Shown: positions 19,991 through 27,165 of the stretch, one piece after another
Position numbering within the stretch: the first letter of the stretch is position 1
How the letters are laid out: each line of letters begins with the position of its first letter
Assembly (NCBI GenBank): GCA_041740935.1
Contig: JBGSLA010000009.1
Coordinates: forward strand, 1-55,738
Direction: 5' to 3'
From: Desulfobaccales bacterium
GTDB lineage: Bacteria > Desulfobacterota > Desulfobaccia > Desulfobaccales > 0-14-0-80-60-11
DNA: 55,738 nt
Notes under the pieces: model-generated
Seen by the model: only the letters and a program-made list of their open reading frames with translations
Databases searched by the model: none
What the model was told of the DNA's origin: nothing
Made by a program: the position numbers and the translations under genes

Positions 19991-21322
19991 TTATGAGCCT
20001 GCTTCAGAATCCTTGCTCTGGGTAAGCTTTTCCAACTCCGTTTTGAGGTGGCTGGAGAATTCCTGCCGGAAGATATCGATATCCATGGCCTCATCATATC
20101 TTCCCAGAAGGTACAGGGCCATGCCTTTGTAGACCTTGGCTTCCTGGATGAAAGGGGCGATTTTGATGGCCTGGTCAAAGTATTCCAGGCTTTCCTCATA
20201 CCTGGCGGCGCCGAGCAAGGCGTTGCCCTTGGCGGTCAGGGCGTAGGGGTCCTGGGGCTGCCGGGCCAGAATTTCATCCAGCGTGCCGATGGCCTCCTCG
20301 CTTCTCCCCAAGTCAGTGAGACACATGGCTTTGACCTGCAGGGCCCGGATATTCTCGGGTTTGCCGGCCAAGGCCTTGTTGCAACAATACACCGCTTCTT
20401 CCAGGAGGCCCTGCCTGGCCATACCCTCGGCCCCGGAGATCCAGGGAATCTGGTTTTCCACCTTCAGGATTTGCATCATCAGGCTTTCATAGGTCAGCTC
20501 AATGAGCTGTTTGCCGTGGTCCACCACGGGGACCCCATGGCCGGGTAGGATATGCTGGATATCCCTTTTCATCAAGGCCTTTAGGGAGAAGAGATAATGG
20601 TCCAGGCGTCCCCCGGCCTTGTCGTCGGCTTCGGCCATGCCGTTGGGCAGCACGGTGTCGCCGGTGAAGGCCGTTTTGGTGGGGGCATGATAAAAGGTCA
20701 GGCCGTCGATGGTGTGGCCGGGGGTGTAGAGCACTTCCAGGGGGATGCCGCACAGATCGATGGTTTCCCCGCCCTCGAGCTCGGTGACCTTACAGTCGAA
20801 TTTTTTCACCACATTCTTGAGTTCTTCCGGGCTGTCTTTGTGGAGGATGAGCTCAAAGCCGCCGTTTTCGACGATATGGGGATAGCCCCGCAACAATTCG
20901 AAGGCTCCGGAGCACTGGTCCCGGTGACCGTGGGTCAGGACGATCTTTTTGATGTCTTCCGGCTGGCAGTATCCCTGACTGAACAGGTCCATAAAACCCG
21001 TGTAATCGTTGCCCGGATCCACGAGGCTGACGTAATCCTCTCCCTTGATGGCATAAATATTGCCGGAGTATTCATAGGCCAACAGGAAAAGTATTTTTTC
21101 AAAGAAGGGGTCCGAGGAGTTGAAAACCTTGGCCACGGTCACCCAGCCGGGGTGTTGGGGCTCCTCTTCCTGGGGGGCTTCTTGTTCAGGGAGCCCCTCC
21201 AGCTCTTCTTGCGGGTCGCGGACATCTTCGTCGTGCTTGTCTTGGCTCATATGTTCAGAAAATCCTTTCAGAGGCATTATGTTCGAAAATTTAATACTAT
21301 TCACTTCAGCGCCGGTTTTCAA
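19991..21322 (-). CDS. MBL-fold metallo-hydrolase fused to C-terminal TPR repeats
   Basis: THGHRDQCSG (HxHxD-type) and YTPGHT. The C-terminal ~170 aa has TPR periodicity (AxxxxxKAL...P.N..A). Start is uncertain: TTG 21322, ATG 21277 or ATG 21250. Confidence 0.75.
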   Translation of the reverse strand: MKTGAEVNSIKFSNIMPLKGFSEHMSQDKHDEDVRDPQEELEGLPEQEAPQEEEPQHPGWVTVAKVFNSSDPFFEKILFLLAYEYSGNIYAIKGEDYVSLVDPGNDYTGFMDLFSQGYCQPEDIKKIVLTHGHRDQCSGAFELLRGYPHIVENGGFELILHKDSPEELKNVVKKFDCKVTELEGGETIDLCGIPLEVLYTPGHTIDGLTFYHAPTKTAFTGDTVLPNGMAEADDKAGGRLDHYLFSLKALMKRDIQHILPGHGVPVVDHGKQLIELTYESLMMQILKVENQIPWISGAEGMARQGLLEEAVYCCNKALAGKPENIRALQVKAMCLTDLGRSEEAIGTLDEILARQPQDPYALTAKGNALLGAARYEESLEYFDQAIKIAPFIQEAKVYKGMALYLLGRYDEAMDIDIFRQEFSSHLKTELEKLTQSKDSEAGS

Positions 21323-21463
21323 GGCTTTTCGCGCCCAGCCTCAGTCAGACTGTAAGTCAACCCCCCATTCGCCCGCGCCGGAAAGCACGTGCCTGTCTTG
21401 CGGCTCCAGGGCAGGGTGTGGTAAAAAAGATTGAGAAAAAATCAAGCCTTTGCGACCTCTTCC

Positions 21464-21880
21464 ATGAATTGCCCCAAGTGTCTCGTCAGCCTGGATTTAG
21501 AGCGCCACGGCGACCTGGTCTTCGACGGTGAGGTCTGGTGCGAATGCTGCCGCAGCTATGATGAGCGCCTGCTTATGCTGCTGCCGTTTGCGGAGCTGGA
21601 GGCCTGGAATCAGCGCATCTGCGAGGCCTTGGGCCGGGACGCCGTCAGTCTTTCGCGCGACCCGGATTACCTCCCCGATCCCCGCAAATATTGGAACGGG
21701 ACCACCTTCCTGCTGGCCGAGGCCTGCCACCGGGAACGCAGCATCATGCTCCACCCCCCGGGCCACAGCCTGAAGACCCTGTGCCACGAACTGGCCCACA
21801 TCTTCACGGGCCAGGACCACAGCGAAACCTGGGCCCGCACCTTTGCCCGGCTCACCGCCTGGGTCACGGCCCACCTTTAA
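21464..21880 (+). CDS. small zinc-ribbon protein with HExxH metallopeptidase-like motif
   Basis: MNCPKC...CECC ribbon at the N-terminus; LCHELAHIF near the C-terminus. ATG 21464 chosen over TTG 21431. Confidence 0.5.
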   Translation: MNCPKCLVSLDLERHGDLVFDGEVWCECCRSYDERLLMLLPFAELEAWNQRICEALGRDAVSLSRDPDYLPDPRKYWNGTTFLLAEACHRERSIMLHPPGHSLKTLCHELAHIFTGQDHSETWARTFARLTAWVTAHL

Positions 21881-21920
21881 TGCCGTTTTCGGTTCCCAGT
21901 TTTCGGTTTTCGGTAAAAAA
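21880..21920. repeat. ccgaaaac-type short repeat (inverted relative of 17690-17717)
   Basis: atgccgttttcggttcccagttttcggttttcggtaaaaaaa. Confidence 0.55.
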
Positions 21921-22067
21921 ATAACAAAAATATCCCCCTCCCCAGACGCCTGGCCAAGAGAGGGGGATGATCTGCACTTATCGAGGCCCCTCACGGAGAC
22001 AACCCCGATAGTCTTCCCCCGGACCGGGGGGCCTGGCCTCCCGGCCCAAGGGGGGGCAGGTCAAGGG

Positions 22068-22493
22068 TTACGGCGCGATGAAGTCCAGGCAGTACCCCAG
22101 TTTCATCTTGTCCATGGGCCACATCTTGGTGCTCTCTTTTTCACCGGCCGGCCATACCGGCTGGTCATTGATCTTTTCGATGAGCACTTCGATGAAATGG
22201 AACTCCGTCAGCTGATGCTTGGCAATATCCTCACCGGGCAGCAATACGGCCAGCCCCGACTCCTTGGAGAACTTCCAATGGAAGGCCTCGTTGGGCTCAC
22301 TGGTCATCTGGCCGGTCTTGCCGGCGTAAATCTTGAGGAGTTTGCCGGAAATGTGATCATTCGGTTTGACATTGAATTCTTCATATAACTCATCGGGGAT
22401 ATGCCACCACAAACCTCTGAACCCGGTTTTGATGTATCCCTTGACGAGCATGGGGTCAAATCCGCAAACACCAACGCGAGCTCTTGCTGGCAT
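22068..22493 (-). CDS. hypothetical protein, last gene of the CoA-transferase-like operon
   Basis: 141 aa from ATG 22493, with AAGGAG 8 nt upstream (longest ORF starts at 22538). Coding-like codon usage; no recognisable family. Confidence 0.6.
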   Translation of the reverse strand: MPARARVGVCGFDPMLVKGYIKTGFRGLWWHIPDELYEEFNVKPNDHISGKLLKIYAGKTGQMTSEPNEAFHWKFSKESGLAVLLPGEDIAKHQLTEFHFIEVLIEKINDQPVWPAGEKESTKMWPMDKMKLGYCLDFIAP

Positions 22494-22593
22494 GCGTACT
22501 CTCCTTTTTCCTGAATTGGTTCTCGGGTTGTTTTCCACCTGAGCCTACCCGGGGCCGTAGTAGCGGGCCTGGGACCCAGGTGGAGAAACAACG

Positions 22594-22926
22594 TTATCTT
22601 TGCAACACCCTGCGGGTGTTTTCCACAATTTTCTGAAAAAGCCCCTGCTGGTCAGGGGGATTCTCCAAATTGTGGATCTGCTGTCGTAAATCATCCACCT
22701 GATTGTAGCAATGCTCCAAAAACACTTCCGCCTCTTCGGCCGTAATGTAGCTGCACTGAAACAACCGGCGAACATAGGGAGAGACATAGGTGGTGATCTC
22801 TTCCTGAAACTCTTCCACCAGGAATTCGTTGTTGCCGTCACTGGTGGCAAACGATATATAGTTTGCCTTCCAATTGACCAGCATGGCTTCCATGGCGTCG
22901 AGTTCCTTGCGGACATTCTCTTTCAT
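22594..22926 (-). CDS. hypothetical acidic helical protein
   Basis: 110 aa. The start lies 1 nt after the upstream stop. Predicted all-helical, Glu-rich; no family recognised. Confidence 0.55.
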   Translation of the reverse strand: MKENVRKELDAMEAMLVNWKANYISFATSDGNNEFLVEEFQEEITTYVSPYVRRLFQCSYITAEEAEVFLEHCYNQVDDLRQQIHNLENPPDQQGLFQKIVENTRRVLQR

Positions 22927-22927
22927 G

Positions 22928-23164
22928 TTAGGTCTTCTGCTTAAAGGCGTAGCACTTTTTGACCACGTTGAAGTCGGCCACGCACCAGTAATGGGGCCAG
23001 TGAATCTTCATGCACCAGCCGATGATGTCCGCCGGGGGGAATTTGGAGCCTTTGATCACCGGTTTCAGGTAATCGCACTGCCAGCAGATATGGTCGGATT
23101 CTTTCTCCGGCTCCAGAACTTTATCCAGAAATTGCCTCGGGGTTAACCCTTTTGCTTCAATCAT
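22928..23164 (-). CDS. hypothetical small Cys/Trp-rich protein
   Basis: 78 aa from ATG 23164, with AAGGAG 7 nt upstream. Cys positions HICWQC...WC...WC...KC. Confidence 0.55.
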   Translation of the reverse strand: MIEAKGLTPRQFLDKVLEPEKESDHICWQCDYLKPVIKGSKFPPADIIGWCMKIHWPHYWCVADFNVVKKCYAFKQKT

Positions 23165-23198
23165 GTGCCACTCCTTTTCTCTAAGCACCGGGGTCCGG

Positions 23199-23687
23199 TT
23201 ACCAGTCCGTTACTTCGCCCTTGGCGATCTTTTCCTGAAACTCCGTCCAGACATCCGGAGACAGATTCTTCAGATCCCAGTTGTAAGGATACTGGCCGGC
23301 GATGCCACCACAAGGCGGCTGGGGCCGCCAGCCCCGCAAGGGCCGGCCCCGGATGCTGAACTTCACCATGTCGGGCACACCCAGATAGATATGCCGCGGC
23401 AAGCACTCGAAGGGCCGGGTTTTGCCCGGAGTGCCCATGGGGAAGTTGATATAGCCCTCCAAGGGCTTGTCGGCGTACAGCGGCATGGTATCCGGCTTGG
23501 TTCCCGCCGGCTGCTCATCCGGACCCGTATACATGTGCCCCTGGATCATGTGAATGGCGTAAACCGTGCCGCAGTTGGCGCAGTTGACCGTACCCTTCCA
23601 GTTCCAGAAGCAGTAGGGATCCAGGTAGTTCACCGTGTTGCAGGGCTTGCCCTCTACGTCTTTTTTGCACCAAATGATATCACACAC
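23199..23687 (-). CDS. hypothetical Cys/Trp-rich protein (possible zinc ribbon)
   Basis: 162 aa. GTG start with AAGGAGGAG upstream. MCDIIWCKKDVEGKPC...YC...NCANCG. Confidence 0.6.
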   Translation of the reverse strand: MCDIIWCKKDVEGKPCNTVNYLDPYCFWNWKGTVNCANCGTVYAIHMIQGHMYTGPDEQPAGTKPDTMPLYADKPLEGYINFPMGTPGKTRPFECLPRHIYLGVPDMVKFSIRGRPLRGWRPQPPCGGIAGQYPYNWDLKNLSPDVWTEFQEKIAKGEVTDW

Positions 23688-23702
23688 AGTGCTCTCCTCC
23701 TT

Positions 23703-25145
23703 TTAGATCCAGGCCTTGTCGTACCATTCTTTGACCGTAGAAATGGGGTAGCCCAGCAGCTCGTGGTAGAACTTGACGTTGTCCGCGCCCACCGGCCGCC
23801 AGATCCAGTAGAGGCGTCTCGGGGTCTTGGACAACATCCCAGCGCTGTAGGTACCCTGGACCAGAACATCCCCGAACAGGGGGTCTTCCATCCAGCGGAC
23901 GGTGCCGCGCTGCCGGTAGTGGTCGTTCTCATAGACCTCACGGTCATTCATCACCGGCTCGCACAGGAGCCCGGCGCTTTGCAGGACCCGGACCACTTCG
24001 GTGCGGCTCTTGTCTTTGGCCCAGTCTTCCAGTTGGGCGTAGATATCCACCTGGGCTTCGCCCTCCACCCGGTCCTTGTGCTTCATGTACTTGCTGTACA
24101 TGTCGGGCTTCTTGATGACGTCGCACAGGGCTTTGAAGTCCGCATCCTGGAACGCCGAAACCATGACATAGCGGGCTTCCAGGCGGTCCTGCGGGTTGAT
24201 GGCGTCCGGGTAGGCGGACTTGCCGGCGAGGATGATGCCGTGGACGCAGAGCTGGGTGTCCCAGTTGCCCCAGCGCTGGCGCACGATGCCGAAACGGCCG
24301 TACATGGGCACGGTGTGGCCCAGGCAGCGGGTGGCCGCCTGCACCTGGGAGAACTCGATCATGGTGCCGAGCCCCGTCTTACGCCGCCAGTGCAGCGCCG
24401 CCAGAATGCCGAAGGTGATCTGGGTGCCGGAATACCAGTCAATGCACCAGTTGGAGTGTTTGGTGCTGTGGCCGCCCATGAATTCGTGATGGCCGGTGAC
24501 CGAGGACAAGCCGGCGTGGGCCTGCCCCAGGATGTCGTAGGAGCCGCCGAAGCACTTGGGGCCGTAGCCGAAGCCGCCGCCCCAGACATAGATGAACCGG
24601 GGATTGAGCTCCGCCACGTAGCGATAGCTCTGCTTCCAGCGGTCGAAGGTGCCGGGCCGGTAGCACTCGGTGAGGCCGTCGGACATCTTGATGATGCGAT
24701 AGAAGGCCTCTTTCATTTCGTCCAGGTGGTAGTCGATGCTGACGTAGTACTCATTGGGGTTGGCGTTCATGAAGCCGTACCCGGTGCCGGTCATGGGCCG
24801 GGTGTCGTGCAGGGGATAGAGATAGGCCTCGTTGAAGGGCGAAGTGTGCTTCATGGGGTCGCCCATGCGGGGCATCTCGAACTTATAGACCTCGGCCCCC
24901 AGTTCCGCCAGGTTGGCGACTGAGTGGGGGGTGAAGATGTACATGGTGGTGCTCATCCAGCGGATGCCCTTCAAGGCCTCGGGTTTGCCCATCTCATGGC
25001 CCGGAGCAAAGACCGCCCGGCAATACTCCTCATAAGGCATCTTCATCTCATTGAGTTCTTCCCTGCTCTTGGGGCCCTTCTGCTCCTCCAGGGGAGCCTC
25101 GATGAGGTGTTTGTATTGCTTTCTCCATTCCTTCTTGTCGTTCAT
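23703..25145 (-). CDS. family III (CaiB/BaiF-type) CoA-transferase-like protein, 480 aa
   Basis: PEALKGIRW...[22 protein letters not shown]-terminal signature and GFGYGP...[17 protein letters not shown] Asp-containing motif. The ATG overlaps the upstream stop (TAATG). Confidence 0.75.
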   Translation of the reverse strand: MNDKKEWRKQYKHLIEAPLEEQKGPKSREELNEMKMPYEEYCRAVFAPGHEMGKPEALKGIRWMSTTMYIFTPHSVANLAELGAEVYKFEMPRMGDPMKHTSPFNEAYLYPLHDTRPMTGTGYGFMNANPNEYYVSIDYHLDEMKEAFYRIIKMSDGLTECYRPGTFDRWKQSYRYVAELNPRFIYVWGGGFGYGPKCFGGSYDILGQAHAGLSSVTGHHEFMGGHSTKHSNWCIDWYSGTQITFGILAALHWRRKTGLGTMIEFSQVQAATRCLGHTVPMYGRFGIVRQRWGNWDTQLCVHGIILAGKSAYPDAINPQDRLEARYVMVSAFQDADFKALCDVIKKPDMYSKYMKHKDRVEGEAQVDIYAQLEDWAKDKSRTEVVRVLQSAGLLCEPVMNDREVYENDHYRQRGTVRWMEDPLFGDVLVQGTYSAGMLSKTPRRLYWIWRPVGADNVKFYHELLGYPISTVKEWYDKAWI

Positions 25146-26635
25146 TATATAACCCCCTTCTCCTTGAGCTCATTGACCTTGGTCTGGCCGACGCCGCACC
25201 ACTTCTGCATGATCTCATAGGTATCAAACCCCAGGGGCCGGCCCAGCACTTTGACCCGGTGCGGGGTGCGCATCTGGTAGGCGTTGGGCGAAACCGCAAA
25301 CAAAACCGTGCCGTAATGGTCGGTATCAATGGTGCATATCCAGGGACGATAGACGAAATGGGGGAACTCGCACACCTCGTCGATGAACAGAATCGGCCCG
25401 GCGGCGATTTCGTATTCCATCAACTTCTGTTCCGCCTCGATGCGGTTGATGTCTCTCAGCCAGCGGGTGGTCAGGGTGTAGGTCTTGATCAACATGGCCA
25501 GGGCGTTTCTGGCCCCCATCTCTTTCAAGATGGGATCTTCGTGGATCAGACGGCCGAATTGCGGGAAGTCCCGCTCAATGCACATACCGATGCGGTACCA
25601 CAGACGGTCGGTCTGGCCGCCGATCATCATGTAGCCGTCCCGGCAGGGGTTCCACTCATACTGGTTGAGGTTGGGGTCCCAGGCGCCGGTGCGGGCTTTG
25701 ATGGAGGCGTTGAAGCCGTACCAGGAAATGTCGAAGTCCAGAATGTCCATCTGGGCCTCAGCGCCGGTCACTTCGCAGAACTGGCCTTCGCCGCTGAACT
25801 CATCCCGCCAGTACAGGGCCGCCAGCAGGGTGTTGGCCGCCTGTTCGCCGGCCGCAAAGTCGGCGAACCAGACACCGGAGCGGCAGGGGTCGCCGCCCTT
25901 GCCCCGGGGGCACTGGTCCTGGGGAAAGCCGGTGTTGTGCACAAAGGAGTTGGCGCAGCCGCCGAAGGGCTCCAGGGTCCACTGGCCGTACTTGGAGATT
26001 TTGTCCTTGAAAGGACCCCAGGTGCCCCGCACCGCCATGTTGCAATACACCAGGCGGGGGAACATCTTGGCCAGTTGCCGGTAGCCCAGACCCAGGCTGT
26101 CCATGTAGCCCGGGGGCATTTCATCGATGATACCGTCCACCTGACCGACCAGGGTCTTGTAGATGGTCCGGCCTTCATCGGTCTCCAGGTTCAGGGTGAC
26201 GGATTTCTGACCCCGCATCTCATGCATGAAGTCCATGCCGCATTTTTCCCCGGTGATCTCCGAGGTGAACATGTACTCTTCGCGGCCGAAGGGGGTCAGC
26301 TGGCGCAGGGGATCGCCCTCGGGGGGTTCAATATTGATCACCTCGGCCCCGGCTTCGCACAGCAGCCCGGCGCAGAACTTATTGCCCAGCCTCCACAGGC
26401 CGACGCACAAAAACTTGAAACCCTGGAGGGCTTCCGGCTTGCCGAAGGAGTACTCGTACCTGAGGTTGTCTTCGCACCATTTGCCGAAGTCCTCCGCCTT
26501 GCGTTTGGCGTAGGTGTTCGCCATAACCCAGTCGGGAGTAGGCGGCGGCGTTACCGGCCAGGGCCTGATCTTTTCCGACATCAACTCCATGGTGTCGGCC
26601 CGACTGTTAATTTCAATGTCTCTTTTTTCTGCCAT
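25145..26635 (-). CDS. divergent family III CoA-transferase-like protein, 496 aa
   Basis: PEALQGFKF...[25 protein letters not shown] 26635 has GGGAGG 7 nt upstream; the longest ORF starts at 26650. Confidence 0.7.
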   Translation of the reverse strand: MAEKRDIEINSRADTMELMSEKIRPWPVTPPPTPDWVMANTYAKRKAEDFGKWCEDNLRYEYSFGKPEALQGFKFLCVGLWRLGNKFCAGLLCEAGAEVINIEPPEGDPLRQLTPFGREEYMFTSEITGEKCGMDFMHEMRGQKSVTLNLETDEGRTIYKTLVGQVDGIIDEMPPGYMDSLGLGYRQLAKMFPRLVYCNMAVRGTWGPFKDKISKYGQWTLEPFGGCANSFVHNTGFPQDQCPRGKGGDPCRSGVWFADFAAGEQAANTLLAALYWRDEFSGEGQFCEVTGAEAQMDILDFDISWYGFNASIKARTGAWDPNLNQYEWNPCRDGYMMIGGQTDRLWYRIGMCIERDFPQFGRLIHEDPILKEMGARNALAMLIKTYTLTTRWLRDINRIEAEQKLMEYEIAAGPILFIDEVCEFPHFVYRPWICTIDTDHYGTVLFAVSPNAYQMRTPHRVKVLGRPLGFDTYEIMQKWCGVGQTKVNELKEKGVI

Positions 26636-26760
26636 GTTTCGGCCTCCCATTGAGTAAGCTGTTCCTCAACTTTCGCATCGCGAGGCTAGCTTTTGCCCTC
26701 GCGATCTCGCCAAAGAAAATACTGCACTACAAACAAGGCCTTATGGAAACGGCAGGGAGG

Positions 26761-26775
26761 GCGACCCCCGTGCCG
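26761..26775 (-). promoter_or_regulatory. candidate sigma-54 promoter (-24/-12) for the CoA-transferase-like operon
   Basis: Minus strand cGGCACGggggTcGC versus TGGCACG-N4-TTGC: GG and GC have correct spacing. It lies about 125 nt upstream of ATG 26635 and downstream of a sigma-54 activator gene. Confidence 0.45.
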
Positions 26776-27128
26776 GTAAAGCCGCCGATCTGTTGCCTCG
26801 GGGCGACGGCTCCCCTGGTGCTCCTTCACCTCCTTTCCATGGGATCAAACAATTGGGTTGTTTTTTTTCCGTACAGCTTCTGCTTTCGGTTTCTCCGCCC
26901 AGGCCCCACCCAGGACAGAGAAAAACACCCAAAACTCTATACAAAATCCCTGCCAACCCGGACAGGGGCGTGCAGCCAAAGGTATCTTACTGATTTCCCA
27001 ATTGATTTTATGCTGTGCGTCGGCCTTTCCGTTTGCAACCTTGTGATAAAAAGTTCTTGTTGTGTCTCGATATTAAACAGTAATTTAATTTTTGTGTCTT
27101 TCTTATTAAATTTCCTCAATAAATTATT

Positions 27129-27165
27129 GTACGAAATGTGACCCTAATTCCAGGTCATTTCGTAC
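27129..27165 (-). terminator. hairpin overlapping the stop codon of the activator gene
   Basis: gtacgaaatg(tg)acc ... ggtcatttcgtac. On the minus strand it is followed by aataatttatt, which is only moderately U-rich. Confidence 0.35.

Noticed and set aside
26941-26956. Second sigma-54 promoter candidate (minus strand TTGGCAGGGATTTTGT)
   Set aside because: The -12 element is TTGT rather than TTGC, and it lies about 300 nt from the start codon. It is kept only as an alternative to the 26761-26775 candidate.
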